In this document: positions 53,201 through 64,000 of the stretch, in pieces
Layout of the letters: the number at the start of each line of letters is the position of its first letter
How positions within the stretch are numbered: position 1 is the first letter of the stretch
From: Eledone cirrhosa
Lineage: Eukaryota
Reading direction: 5' to 3'
Assembly (NCBI GenBank): GCA_964016885.1
Contig: OZ024744.1
Location: forward strand, 93,868,001 to 93,932,000
DNA: 64,000 nucleotides
Notes under the pieces: model-generated
The model's database searches: none
Told to the model about the DNA's origin: nothing
Seen by the model: the letters and a program-made list of their open reading frames with translations, nothing else
Program-made: the position numbers and the translations under genes

Positions 53201-55079
53201 TTGTCATATTCTCATCCAGACTGAAAACTCCTCTCAAACCTTTGTGTATTGGGTGTGTTTTATTGTGCTAGCAAGATCGGCCAGACTTGGGTGATCCTTC
53301 TTCTTCACCCATATATTCCTGAGAGGGTCGTAGGAGCAGAGTTTTCAAACACTCCTTCCAGCTGGTCCTGCTGTCAGAAGTAACCATCTTCGACTGATCC
53401 GACTGGATCCCCAAGCGAGACCAGCCAAGATCATTGATGTTATCTAACCGTCTTGCTTGGGGTCTACCCCTGGGTCGCCTGCCTGTTGGTTTTGCTCTTA
53501 AAATCTGTCCAGCAATACTTTCCTGAGACATTCTGACCACTCGTGTGATCCTCTCTATCTTAAATTGTTTCTCTTTGGAGCTATGTCTTGTCAAGCTAAA
53601 CAGTGACCTATGACCTATTGCAGTAGATTGTAATTTCATAACAAAAAGTTAATGAGCATTAATTAATCAACGATACATAAATAATGATTTGTAGTTTAGG
53701 CACAAGGCCAGTAATTTTGGGGTGGTGGTCGATTAAATTGACCCCAGTAAATTACTGGTGCTTTATTTTACCCCCCCCCCCCCCCGTAGAGATGAAAGGC
53801 AAAGTTAACATTGGCAGGGTTTGAACTCAGACCACAAAGGGACGTAACTCTATGCTGGCAAACATGGCGTCCAACCCTCTACTGATACTGTCAATCCGCC
53901 GCCCTACGATACATAAATAATTGTTTCTACTTTTGGCACAAGGCCAGCAATTACCCCAGTGTATTACTGGTACTTTATTTTATCGACCCCGTAAGGATGA
54001 AAGGCAAAGTTAACCTCGGCGGGATTTGAACTCAGAATGGCAAGGGCCGTAACTATGCGTCAAAGCATGGCGTCCGACTCTCTACCGATACTGCCAATTC
54101 ACCGCCCTTTACAGTAATAATTGTTTCTACTTTAGGCACAAGGCCAGCAATTACCCAGTGCATTACTGGTACTTTATTTTATTGACCCCGTAAGGATGAA
54201 AGGCAAAGTCAATCTCGGCGGGATTTGAACTCTGACCGTAAAGGGACGTAACTATGCTGGAAAGCAATGAAAACGAAAATACTCCAGTGTTGATAGGAGT
54301 AGATGATAAAAAAGACAAAACAAAAGAGAGGGAAAGGGCAAGGATTGTTAAGCAACGAAAGAGGGGAGAGAATGACAGTCTGCTAGATTGATTTTATCAC
54401 TGTCTTTCAGTTAAAACTGTTTTGAAACCACATGTGGGCAGGACCAGAATAAGTTCTTTTGAGGCTGTCATCATCATCATCACCGTTTTACGTCCATTCT
54501 TCCATGCTAGCATGGGTTAGACGGGTTGTCCTGTTGTGGGCAGTACCTTGCTCATACAGGAACTGTTTCTGGCTTGATTTCTACAGCTGGATGCCCTTAC
54601 TAACACCAACCTCATTTACAGTGAGTAGTATGAGCTTTTTACTGTGGTGCCTACACAACCACTTTATAGTGGGAGGAGGGAGAAGGCATACTATCTCTCT
54701 GCTTCAGCTCCAGCTTTTACCCATGGGCAGTCCGGTCTTCTGTATTACTGCATAATGTCAGAGGTCTCGGTCTTCTGTCATCGCCTTTGAGAGGTGCAGT
54801 TGGGCAAGATCAGCTTTTATCATCTCATCCCAGGTCTTCTTGGGTCTCCCTACTCCAAGGCTTTCATCGACTCAAAATATTATTGTGCCTACCTTTTCCA
54901 TATAAAGTATATATATATATATATACACTGTAAATGTGGTTGGTGTTAGGAAGGGCATCCAACTGTAGAAAAGCCGCCAGACAGTCCTATGCGAGCAAGA
55001 CAACCACTCTTGCTTCAAGTGGGAAAACCCCCGTCCAAACCCATGCAAGCGTGGAACACGGACGCTAAACCTGATGATG

Positions 55080-55960
55080 ATGATGATATATGATCAGTCC
55101 CTTGACTTCTCTAGTCAATGGAGGGATCCTACCACAGAAGCATCAAACACTCAAAATAGTCTATCAATATTGGCTGTCAACAAATCTGGCGTTGTCATTT
55201 GCATCCATTCTTTGAGATTGTCCAACCAGTTTTTGCATTTGCGTCCACCTTCAATGGTGCCTTGCATGATGGCCTTACACCAGCTGTCATGTCGTATAAC
55301 GTGGTCAAACCACGTCAGTTTCCTCCTCTTGACGGTGGCGAGGAGAGGTTCCTGGTGACCAACAAAACTTTAAACCTCACTCCGCACATATCATATCGTT
55401 CCCAATAAGAAATACGAAGGAGTTTTCTCAGGCATTTGTCCTCAAACGCCCGGATCCTTCTCTCTGTTTCTGCCAAAAGTGTCCAGGTCTCACACAGCAA
55501 TTTGTACAATCCTTACTTGGTCTGAAAACTGATATTGCTCCTCCATATTCTTGCCAATTTGGCCATCACTTCCATAGCTGCGGCAATCTGAGTTCAGGTA
55601 CCATCCTTTGACAAGACTGCTCCCAAGTATTTGAAACTAGACACTTCCTCCAATAAATGTCCATTCATGGTGATGTTGACACAGGTGCTACTTGTACTAT
55701 TCACCATTACTTTGGATTTCTCAGAGCTGACCTCCATTCCATATGTTCCTTCTCTTTCAACAAGTTTGCTGGTCAAGTCTTAGAGCCTGTTGTTATTGCC
55801 TGTTACGAGGTCAATGTCATCTGCAAAACATAGTTTACAGACGGGTCTACCACTGACAGAGATTGAGGTATCATGGTCGTTGAGGGTTTCTTGCATGATT
55901 TCTAAAAACAGGTTGAACAACGTAGGTGAAAGTACACACCTCTGTCTCACGCTAAATACG
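55080..55960 (-). mobile_element. RTE (BovB-like) LINE fragment
   Basis: VRQRCVLSPTLFNLFLE, CFADDIDL, SFKYLG, CETWTL..ERRIRAFEDKCLRKLLRISY. Confidence 0.85.
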
Positions 55961-56189
55961 GTCCTATTATGAGCAAGGTATGGCCTGGTCAGACCTGTCT
56001 CATAACAGTGCCTCTCCGTCCACACCCACACTGTAAACATGGTTAGTGTTAAGAAGGGCATCCAGTTGTAATTTGTTTGATCAATGTACAGTGCGGCCAG
56101 CTGGCCAGACTTGTATCATAACATAGACGACTCGTCTAACCCATGCAAGCATGGAAAAATTGAAATTAAATAGTGATGATGTATATATA

Positions 56190-56440
56190 TATTCGTTTTT
56201 GAATTTGTTTTGCAAAATTTCTTATCTGAAAACATGTTGAAACAGATATTGTTATACTTTGGAAGGGTCATGTTGTCAATAATAACACATGCACCTGTTG
56301 GTTTTCACTTCAATTTATTATAAATTTCCATTTGGTTGGTTGGTTGGTTTGATAACTCGAAATTTATAATAAATTGAAGTAAAATACCAGCAAGTGTATG
56401 TGTTTTTATTGGCAGCATGACCCTCCCAAACTATAACTAT
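56190..56440. mobile_element. Tc1-like MITE with long internal inverted repeats
   Basis: 56250-56328 is inverted at 56360-56438; end shared with 48586-48780. Confidence 0.65.
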
Positions 56441-56513
56441 ATATATTCCTCTAAAAACGTTTTTTCCAATTACATCCCACCCGTCCCTTCAATCTTTCTA
56501 ATTTCTCATTCTT

Positions 56514-56549
56514 TCTTCTGATGAAGGACTAGCGTCCGAAACGTTAAGA
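56514..56549 (+). ncRNA. Minimal type I hammerhead ribozyme in the SIVA1 intron (sense strand)
   Basis: tctt CTGATGA a GGAC-tagc-GTCC GAAA CGTT aaga: 4-bp stem I, 4-bp stem II, palindromic ACGT stem III as in PLE-type minimal HHRs. Confidence 0.8.
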
Positions 56550-56634
56550 CCCTCTTCCTGCTATATCAAGCATTAACCTAATATATTCCTTCCATATACT
56601 GTACCAATTGTGTTGTTATTTCTGTTTACTCTTT

Positions 56635-56667
<33 letters not shown>

Positions 56668-56814
56668 CATCATCATCGAATAATGTCCATCTTCCACGCT
56701 AGCGTGGGTTAGACGGGTCCTATTTTGAGGCAAGTTGTGTCAGATGACTGCGTTTCACTCATATAGGGGTGTTTTGGGCTGGTTTCTTACGGCTGGATGC
56801 CTTTCCTATGCCAA

Positions 56815-57127
56815 CCACATTTACAGTGTGGGCTGGGTGCTTTTTACTGTATTTTTTACACATCCACTTTACAGTGTGGGCTGGGTGCTTTCTGCCGTGT
56901 CTTTTACACGTCCACTTTACAGTGTGGGCTGGGTGCTTTTTACCTTGTCTTTTACACGTCCACTTACAGTGTGGGCTGGGTACTTTTTACCTTGTCTTTT
57001 ATGTGTCTACTTTACAGTGTGGGCTGGGTGCTTTTACCGTGTCTTTTATGTGTCCACTTTATAGTGTGGGCTGGGTGCTTTTTGCCTTGTCTTTTACACG
57101 TCCACTTACAGTGTGGGCTGGGTACTT
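56815..57127. repeat. ~48-bp SINE-derived minisatellite (~6 copies)
   Basis: tttacagtgtgggctgggtgctttt... units contiguous with the SINE. Another such array lies at 60230-60600. Confidence 0.9.
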
Positions 57128-57150
57128 TTTATATATATATATATATTGAA

Positions 57151-58358
57151 AAGATAACAATGACGATTGTTTACTCCTTCATTACATTTATTGGTTGGTG
57201 ACACACGTTTCGCCACTGATCAGCTCAAGGTTCGATCTGTATCGATCTTACCTGACTCTATAATCCGCAGCTCGACGGACCCCTTGAAATGCTAGTAGAA
57301 AATGAATACATGCTAAATGATAAAGTCAGAAGTTCATATGTTGGTCAGTAAGGCTTGTTTTGATTGGTGGAATAGATCATGGGGATGTTTTCGCCTGTAG
57401 GGTATGGGAGGTGGATGTGATGATAAGATGGTGGTGACGGTCAAAGGCTGAGAAGGTGTGAGGGTGGTGGATTGTCGGTAGACAGATTAGCGTATATTTG
57501 TGGCTGATTATTGTGTGTGGTGTGGGTGTGGTGTTGTTGTTTATGGTGGTGTGGTGTATGTGTCGGTGGAGTCAAATACTATGAGGAGATACATACCTAG
57601 ACACACTTAGTCTGACAAAGACGTTGTATACATACACATGCGTATATACATACATACACATATATACACACACACACATATATATACACACATGCGTGCA
57701 TGTATATATATAGAGAGAGGAGGGAGTGTCAGTGGGGATGGCGTAGTACATAGAGAGAGAGAGGGGGAGAGCCAGTGGAGATGGCGTTGTACATATAAAT
57801 ATACTTACACACAGACACACACACTTGCGTTGTTTAGGGAGGGAAGGTAAGTGTTGGTGATGTTAATGATGTTAATGATTGTTGATGTATGGAGATGTGC
57901 CTTGTGGTGGCTGTGGAGGTGTTGTGTGCGACAAAAAATATACAGGATCGAATTATACGATGGGTTACAGGTTAAAAGGTGACATAGGGAACACGGGGGA
58001 AACAAGGTTGTGAACATATAGCGATGTGTGTGGAGGTGGTTATGGCGATGGTGGCGATATGTTCAACAATATATTTACATGATCAGATGTTACGGTGGTT
58101 TACAAGGTAAAGCTGACAGAGAGGGCAGATATAACACATCTCCATACATCAACAATCATTAACATCATTAACATCACCAACACTTACCTTCCCTCCCTAA
58201 ATAACGCAACTGTGTGTGTGTCTGTGTGTAAGTATATTTATATGTACAACGCCATCTCCACTGGCTCCCCCCCCCCCCCCTCTCTCTCTCTATCTATGTA
58301 CTACGCCATCCCCACTGACACTCCCCCCTCTCTCTATATATACACGCACGCATGTGTG

Positions 58359-58389
<31 letters not shown>

Positions 58390-58990
58390 ATGTGTATGTA
58401 TGTATATACGCATGTGTATGTATACAACGTCTTTGTCAGACTAAGTGTGTCTAGGTATGTATCTCCTCATTGTATTTGACTCCACCGACACATACACCAC
58501 ACCACACACAATAATCAGCCAATCTGTCTACCGACAACCCCCCCCCCATATACACAACCAACACACACACCCCACAGCCCATCATAGCCTGCGACCGTCA
58601 CCACCATCTTATCATCACATCCACCCCCACATACACTACAGGCGAAAACATCCCCATGATCTATTCCACCAATCAAAACAAGCCTTACTGACCAACATAT
58701 GAACTTCTGACTTTACCATATAGCATGTATTCATTTTCTACTAGCATTTTAAGGGGTCCGTCGAGCTGCGGATTATAGAGTCGGGTAAGATCGATACAGG
58801 TCGAACCTTGAGCTGATCAGTGGCGAAACGCGTGTCACCTACCAATAAATGTAATGAAGGAGTAACCAATCGTCCTTGTTATCTTATTCCACTATAATAC
58901 ACTGTCTAGCTCTACATCTCGACAATGAACTGAACCTAAACATTGAGTGCTCACCTGGGTGAACCTACAGTAACTGCAAGTTACACTCCC
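57151..58990. mobile_element. 5'-truncated Penelope element (-) with an inverted pLTR copy (+), forming a ~750-bp inverted repeat
   Basis: 57151-57898 is inverted at 58135-58886. The spacer on - reads ICPLCQL then, after a frameshift, CK/HRN (Naiad-like C-terminus). Flanked by (TA)n. Confidence 0.8.
58753..58839 (+). ncRNA. Hammerhead-like fold with non-canonical core CCGTCGA and extended stem II (mirror copy ~57196-57284 on -)
   Basis: CCGTCGA 58758-58764; gctgc/gtggc closes a long stem II; GAAA 58825-58828; palindromic ACGCGT. Cleavage triplet and stem I are imperfect. Confidence 0.5.
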
Positions 58991-59159
58991 TAGATATATA
59001 TATATATATATTAGAATGCCAAATACATTTCAATTATATATTTTGCTTAATGATTAATCCAGCCCTGTTCAGGCAAATGTTAGTACATCTCGTGAGTGTG
59101 AAGTATCAGTGCATGCTGTCTGTTATTTCCTGGACTGTAAACAATGATTCCAGTATTGT

Positions 59160-59790
59160 TTAACCCTTTTATTAACATATTTCTAATAAAAGACTGCCTA
59201 TGTTGTGTAACCCTTTTATTAACATATTTCTAATAAAAGACTGCCTATGTTGTGTAATCCTTTTATTAACATATTTCTAATAAAAGACTGCTTATGTTGT
59301 GTAATCCTTTTGTTACCAAGTTTCTAATAAAAGACTGCCTATGTTGTGTAACCCTTTTATTAACATATTTCTAATAAAAGACTGCCTATGTTGTGTAACC
59401 CTTTTGTTACCAAGTTTCTAATAAAAGACTGCCAATATTGTGTAACCCTTTTGTTACCAAGTTTCTAATAATAGACTATGTTGTGTAACCCTTTGTTACC
59501 AAGTTTCTAATAAAAGACTGCCTATGTTGTGTAACCCTGTTGTTACCAAGTTTCTAATAAAAGACTGCCTATGTTGTGTAACCCTTTTGTTACCAAGTTT
59601 CTAATAAAAGACTATGTTGTGTAATCGAGAATTTGGGAAGATTTAATAATATAACTTTCTCATTGAGCTGGTGTTTGGAACAATTTATCAAGGGTTCTTA
59701 CATAAAATTATGATGGGTTTTTCTTTTATTTTTTTTTTTGTTATAAATAATTTTAAGTAAAAAGTTTTGTATGATGAAACAAGGGGTTAA
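59160..59790. repeat. 47-bp tandem array (~10 copies) amplifying the end of a piggyBac-like MITE
   Basis: Unit taacccttttattaacatatttctaataaaagactgcctatgttgtg; the element closes with aaggggttaa at ~59790. Confidence 0.85.
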
Positions 59791-61128
59791 AATATACAGG
59801 TGTATATCATAGAATCAAAGGTGTATGGTATCAATTGGATTAATTCAATCTCTTGGACGTACATATAGTCCTTTCCTCTACTTCCCATACAACCAGATCT
59901 GCCCTTCTTTACCCCTTCTCCTTTTTCTCATTACTTAATTTTGTTTTTATCTTTCTTTTTCATATTTATGTAATTATCAATGGTTTTTTTAAGCCAACTT
60001 TGTGTGTTTATAAAATAAAATACCATAAACTTAATTTAAAATATATCATTATCATTATCATTTTATGCTTGCTTTGCCATGTTTGCATGTTGGGCGAGTC
60101 TTTTCCAGCCAGCACAGCTTTCTTCCACTCATAGTGTCCCATGTTTCCTCTGTAAGGTTCTGTAAATGTGTAAAATAGAGTGTGATGGCAATACAACAAA
60201 AAGTGCCAAACCACCGCTGCAAAATGATGGTGAAAGTGTCATGTCAAAAAGTACCCAGACCACACTGTAAAGTGGTTGTGTAGGTGACATGACAAAAGTA
60301 GCCAGCCCACACTGTAAAGCGATTGTGAAGGTGTCATGACAAAAGTACCCAGTCCACACTGTAAAGTGGTTGTGTAGGTGACATGACAAAAAGTAGCCAG
60401 CCGACACTGTAAAGTGATTGTGAAGGTGTCATGACAAAAAGTACCCAGCCCACACTGTAAAGTAGTTGTGTAGGTGACACCGAAAAGTGTCTAGCCCACA
60501 CTGTAAAGTGGTCCTGTAGGTGTCATTACAAAAAGCATCCAGTCCACACTGTAAAGTGGTCGTGTAGGTGTACAACAAAAAGTACCCAACATACATTGTA
60601 AATGTGGTTGGCATTAGGAAGAGCATCTAGTCATAGAAACCATGCCAAAATCAGTTCCGTGTGACAAAGACATGGTCGTCAGACCCGGCTTGTCTCACAA
60701 CAGGGCAACTCGTCTAACCCATACTGGCGTTGAAAAATGGACATTAAACAGTAATGATACTTTTTGTTGTAGCACCAATACCTTACAGGGTGGGACTGAG
60801 TACTTTTTGTTGTAGTACCAATGCTGGCCATTCAGTTGGGGGGGGGGGGGGGGTCTCTGTAATTTTTCTCTGGAAGAAATCAGCTGTCTTCTGTCTGACC
60901 TGGAGTGGCGGAGTAGAGGGGTGGATGGGCTCCATTAGGTTTAAATGCCATATGCAACGATAGCGCCCCTAAGACTCTACTAGAAGTTAAGGACCCATGG
61001 CATTGATGTTGAGATGTTGAACTATAAAGGGAAACATTTCTTTTACTTTCAGATTTTTTTCTGCTATCTCTCTTTCTTCACAAATGATTAAGTCATGTAA
61101 GTCTTAGTTTCATTTTTTTTTCTTTCAG

Positions 61129-61331
61129 AAAGAACCAAAATGCTTCTCTTTGCTGGAGCTATGCTAAGCGGACAAGACAAAAACAGTAACTTGATAAAAA
61201 CTCCCCCTGTTCTACACGAAAATGACACATTGGACTATGAAGACATGTGCCGCCCAAAAATTCTACAAGGGCAATGTCAGATTGATTTCTCAGGGAAGCT
61301 GATCCCTTACAGAAATGCTAACTGGAATTAA
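61129..61331 (+). CDS. SIVA1: Siva homologue exon 2 (ends in an in-frame stop)
   Basis: Acceptor tttttttctttcag; G+AA=Glu gives EAVYERTKMLLFAGA (human EVFEKTKRLLFLGA) and GQCQIDFSGKLIP (human GQMLIGPDGRLIR). Total 103 aa. Confidence 0.88.
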
Positions 61332-62099
61332 TGTTTCTCAGAAGTAGAAATATGCATAAATTAACTGTGATCTGTATAAAAAGAAAGGAAAGAACATTTG
61401 AAAATTTTGACTTTTGTTTCAGTTTACTACTAGCTTTTTTAACCCTTTAGCATTTAAACCGGCCGTATCCAGCCAGAATTCTCTCACTTCTTCCTGTTCA
61501 AACTGGTCTTAACCAGCCATTCATACTGAAGTTAACCTGTTGACTGCCGTGTATATTTTACACAGCTACAGTTGCTGTGCCAGGTTTTTTTTTTCAGTAA
61601 AATCACTATTTTGATTGACAAATGTCACATCAATAAACTAGTAATCCTGTCTAGTTTTGAAGATACGAACTGTTGGAAAAGAGTTCAAACATGTTAGGAT
61701 GCACTGGAATGCATACATGTTAGGATGAGTTATCTCATCTACAGCACTGAAGAGGTTAAGGTATTATTCTCAAAATAAATATCAAAATCTCATAGATTTG
61801 ATATTATGAAAGGTAAAACCTTTACCACAAAATTACAATAGTATATATAGAGTAATGTAAATATTAAGGGGTTAATAATTTTTACCTAAGGATAATTTAC
61901 ATGATTTGTGCAGGGATAAACTGCAACTCAAATAATTTACAATAGCTAACTCAGAGATTTAAACCAGCTGTATCCGACCAGAATTCTCTCACCTCTTTCT
62001 GTTCAAAGATTTTAAAATTTCTGTTTTTGTTATGCTGTCCAATTTGAAACTTTCATAGAAGAGAGAAGTCTGGTAGTAGTAAGAAGGGAAAAAAGTCAG

Positions 62100-62325
62100 T
62101 TTCCATTCTTTGGAAAGGCATCTCACTATCTCTCTCATTTTTGGGCCCTTAAAAAATCACAATCTTTTATATTATATTTGAAAAGGCATCTCACTATCTC
62201 TCTCATTTTTGAACCCTTAAAAAAATCACAGTCTTTCATTTTATATTTGGAAAGGCATCTCACTATCTCTCTTTTTTTCTGAACCCTTAAAAAGTCAGTT
62301 TTTCATTTTATATTATATTTGAAAA

Positions 62326-62410
<85 letters not shown>

Positions 62411-62500
62411 CCTTAAAAAATGCGTGTTTGATTTTATATGTTTGGAAAGGCATCTCACTATAACTCTCATTTTTGGGCCCTTAAAAATCCCAGCCTTTAC
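62100..62500. repeat. ~65-bp degenerate tandem repeat with an internal (CT)n expansion
   Basis: ttggaaaggcatctcactatctctc...cccttaaaaa repeated about 5 times. Confidence 0.8.
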
Positions 62501-63479
62501 CTATGTAAATAAGCAGTTATTTTGGAAGTAATTCACCTAATTTTGTAAAATGCATAACAACCCATTATTATTTCTTTGTAAAATGGCAGGGGGTTGGCAG
62601 TATCGGTATGCTTTTTTAGCATATAGTTATCCACTTCACGTTCTGTATTCAAATCCTGCCGAGGTTAGCTTTGCCTTTCATCCTTACAGGGTTGATAAAA
62701 TAAAGCACCAGTAACACACTGGGGTTGATTTTAATCGACTTTCTCCTTTTCTTTTAAATTGCTGGCCTTTTGCCAAATGTAAAAACAATTATTTCTTTGT
62801 AAAATACATAACAACTCGTTAATATTATTATTTCTTTCCACATACAATGAACATTTTATTGCAAATATAAAATAAGTTGTAATAGTGGATATATATTTCT
62901 TTTAATTTAAAAAAAAAATGATTGTTAAAATAAAATTAAAAAAAGAAATTTAGTAATTCCATAAAATATTGTTTTATTTTAAATTCACTTTGTACAATAT
63001 TGAAATTGTCCTGTCCACAGAATTACTCTTAACATCCTGAAATGACTTAGCAGAAAATATCAAAAAATAAGTTTGTTAATTCAAATGTTTATAGTATTTT
63101 TTACCAGTAAACAAATCTTTGTGAAAATTTGCAGTAAACTAAAAATGTGATACAGTCATAGTACTGTTTTGTACTTTTCAACAATGTGGTTTAATGTGAT
63201 ACAGTCATACATAAGAATATGTAATTATGTAGAATATCTTAATACAGAAAGAACGGGAAAAAAACGAAGATAATACGTTGTTAGTTGGATAGATTGTCAT
63301 ATTTACAAAAATGATACGCGATGGGGCCCACCCACAGCCCCGGCAGACAGAATGGAGAAGGCGTTTTCCCGGAGGACGGCAAGGGAGACGCGCTGGAAAA
63401 GCCACTCCAATTCGCGGGGCTCACACCTGCGACTGGCCAGCTTAGTGCCTATGGTGGTGAGTAAGGAGTGTAGTGACCT

Positions 63480-63640
63480 GCATTCCGCGGGCTCATATAC
63501 ATTCTCCGTGCGTTATTTGGTTCAGCTCAGCCAATGACCGCCAGCGGAGGAGAATGTATCTCTACGCGCCCTGAGGGGAAAATTCCCGCGTCGATTGGAG
63601 AAATCTCTCTTGCAGCCCGACAGTGCTAAGGTAAAACGAC
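63480..63640 (+). promoter_or_regulatory. CpG-rich promoter-like patch
   Basis: CCAAT 63531-63535, ATTGG ~63594, kB-like GGGGAAAATTCCC 63575-63587, donor-like AAG|gtaaaa ~63630. Confidence 0.35.
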
Positions 63641-64000
63641 TGCTTTTCTTTCGCCCTGAAATCACTGGCCAATATGTAACAACAATTTAACCACGGCCTG
63701 GCAACACTTCAGCCAGTAGACCGTGCCTTTCTGAAATCTTAATTCATTTGTTTTATTTCTCTTGGCATCTCAGCTCCACTCAGCTCAACCTTATTAATAA
63801 ATAATGTAAAACAAGCTAAAGTCGTTGATATTCCTATCATATCTTTCTACCAAACTGGTTACTCATGGCGCTATAACTATTACATCACTACTTCTATAAC
63901 TCTGCTAAACTGGTAATTATAATAGGACTACTACATCTATATAATACTGCTAAGATGGAGGAGTATATAAGTATGAAATGCTCCTTTAAAATATATACAT

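Noticed and set aside
61053-61096. Possible micro-exon before SIVA1 exon 2 (tttcag...gtaagt)
   Set aside because: It would leave an intron of only ~31 nt, and every frame meets a stop.

Overview
AT-rich, repeat-dense eukaryotic genomic DNA. The SINE/LINE/microsatellite content suggests a coleoid cephalopod, probably an octopod (inference, not proven). Most ORFs in the supplied track are microsatellite or minisatellite artefacts. Two host genes can be pieced together by hand on the + strand. (1) An orphan-looking multi-exon secreted/membrane protein: signal-peptide exon 23202-23247, Lys-rich exon 28911-29491, then exons 40543-40600, 42964-43050 and 45656-45788. Its frame closes only if an A8 run at 29447-29454 is really A9. 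(2) A SIVA1 homologue (exons 49693-49801 and 61129-61331) that stops before the C-terminal zinc fingers. The rest is a transposon mosaic: Naiad-type Penelope-like elements, L1-Tx1, several RTE families (one with a PHD finger inside the RT), Dong/R4 and CRE fragments, a DNA transposase relic, piggyBac/hAT/Tc1-mariner MITEs, a Helentron-like element, three SINE families, and minisatellites grown from repeats. The most striking non-coding signal is a set of hammerhead-ribozyme motifs in Penelope-type termini. They include a 124-bp-arm palindrome with back-to-back hammerheads around a (CCCTAA)2 telomere-like loop just upstream of SIVA1, and sense-strand hammerheads plus a ~750-bp inverted repeat inside the SIVA1 intron.
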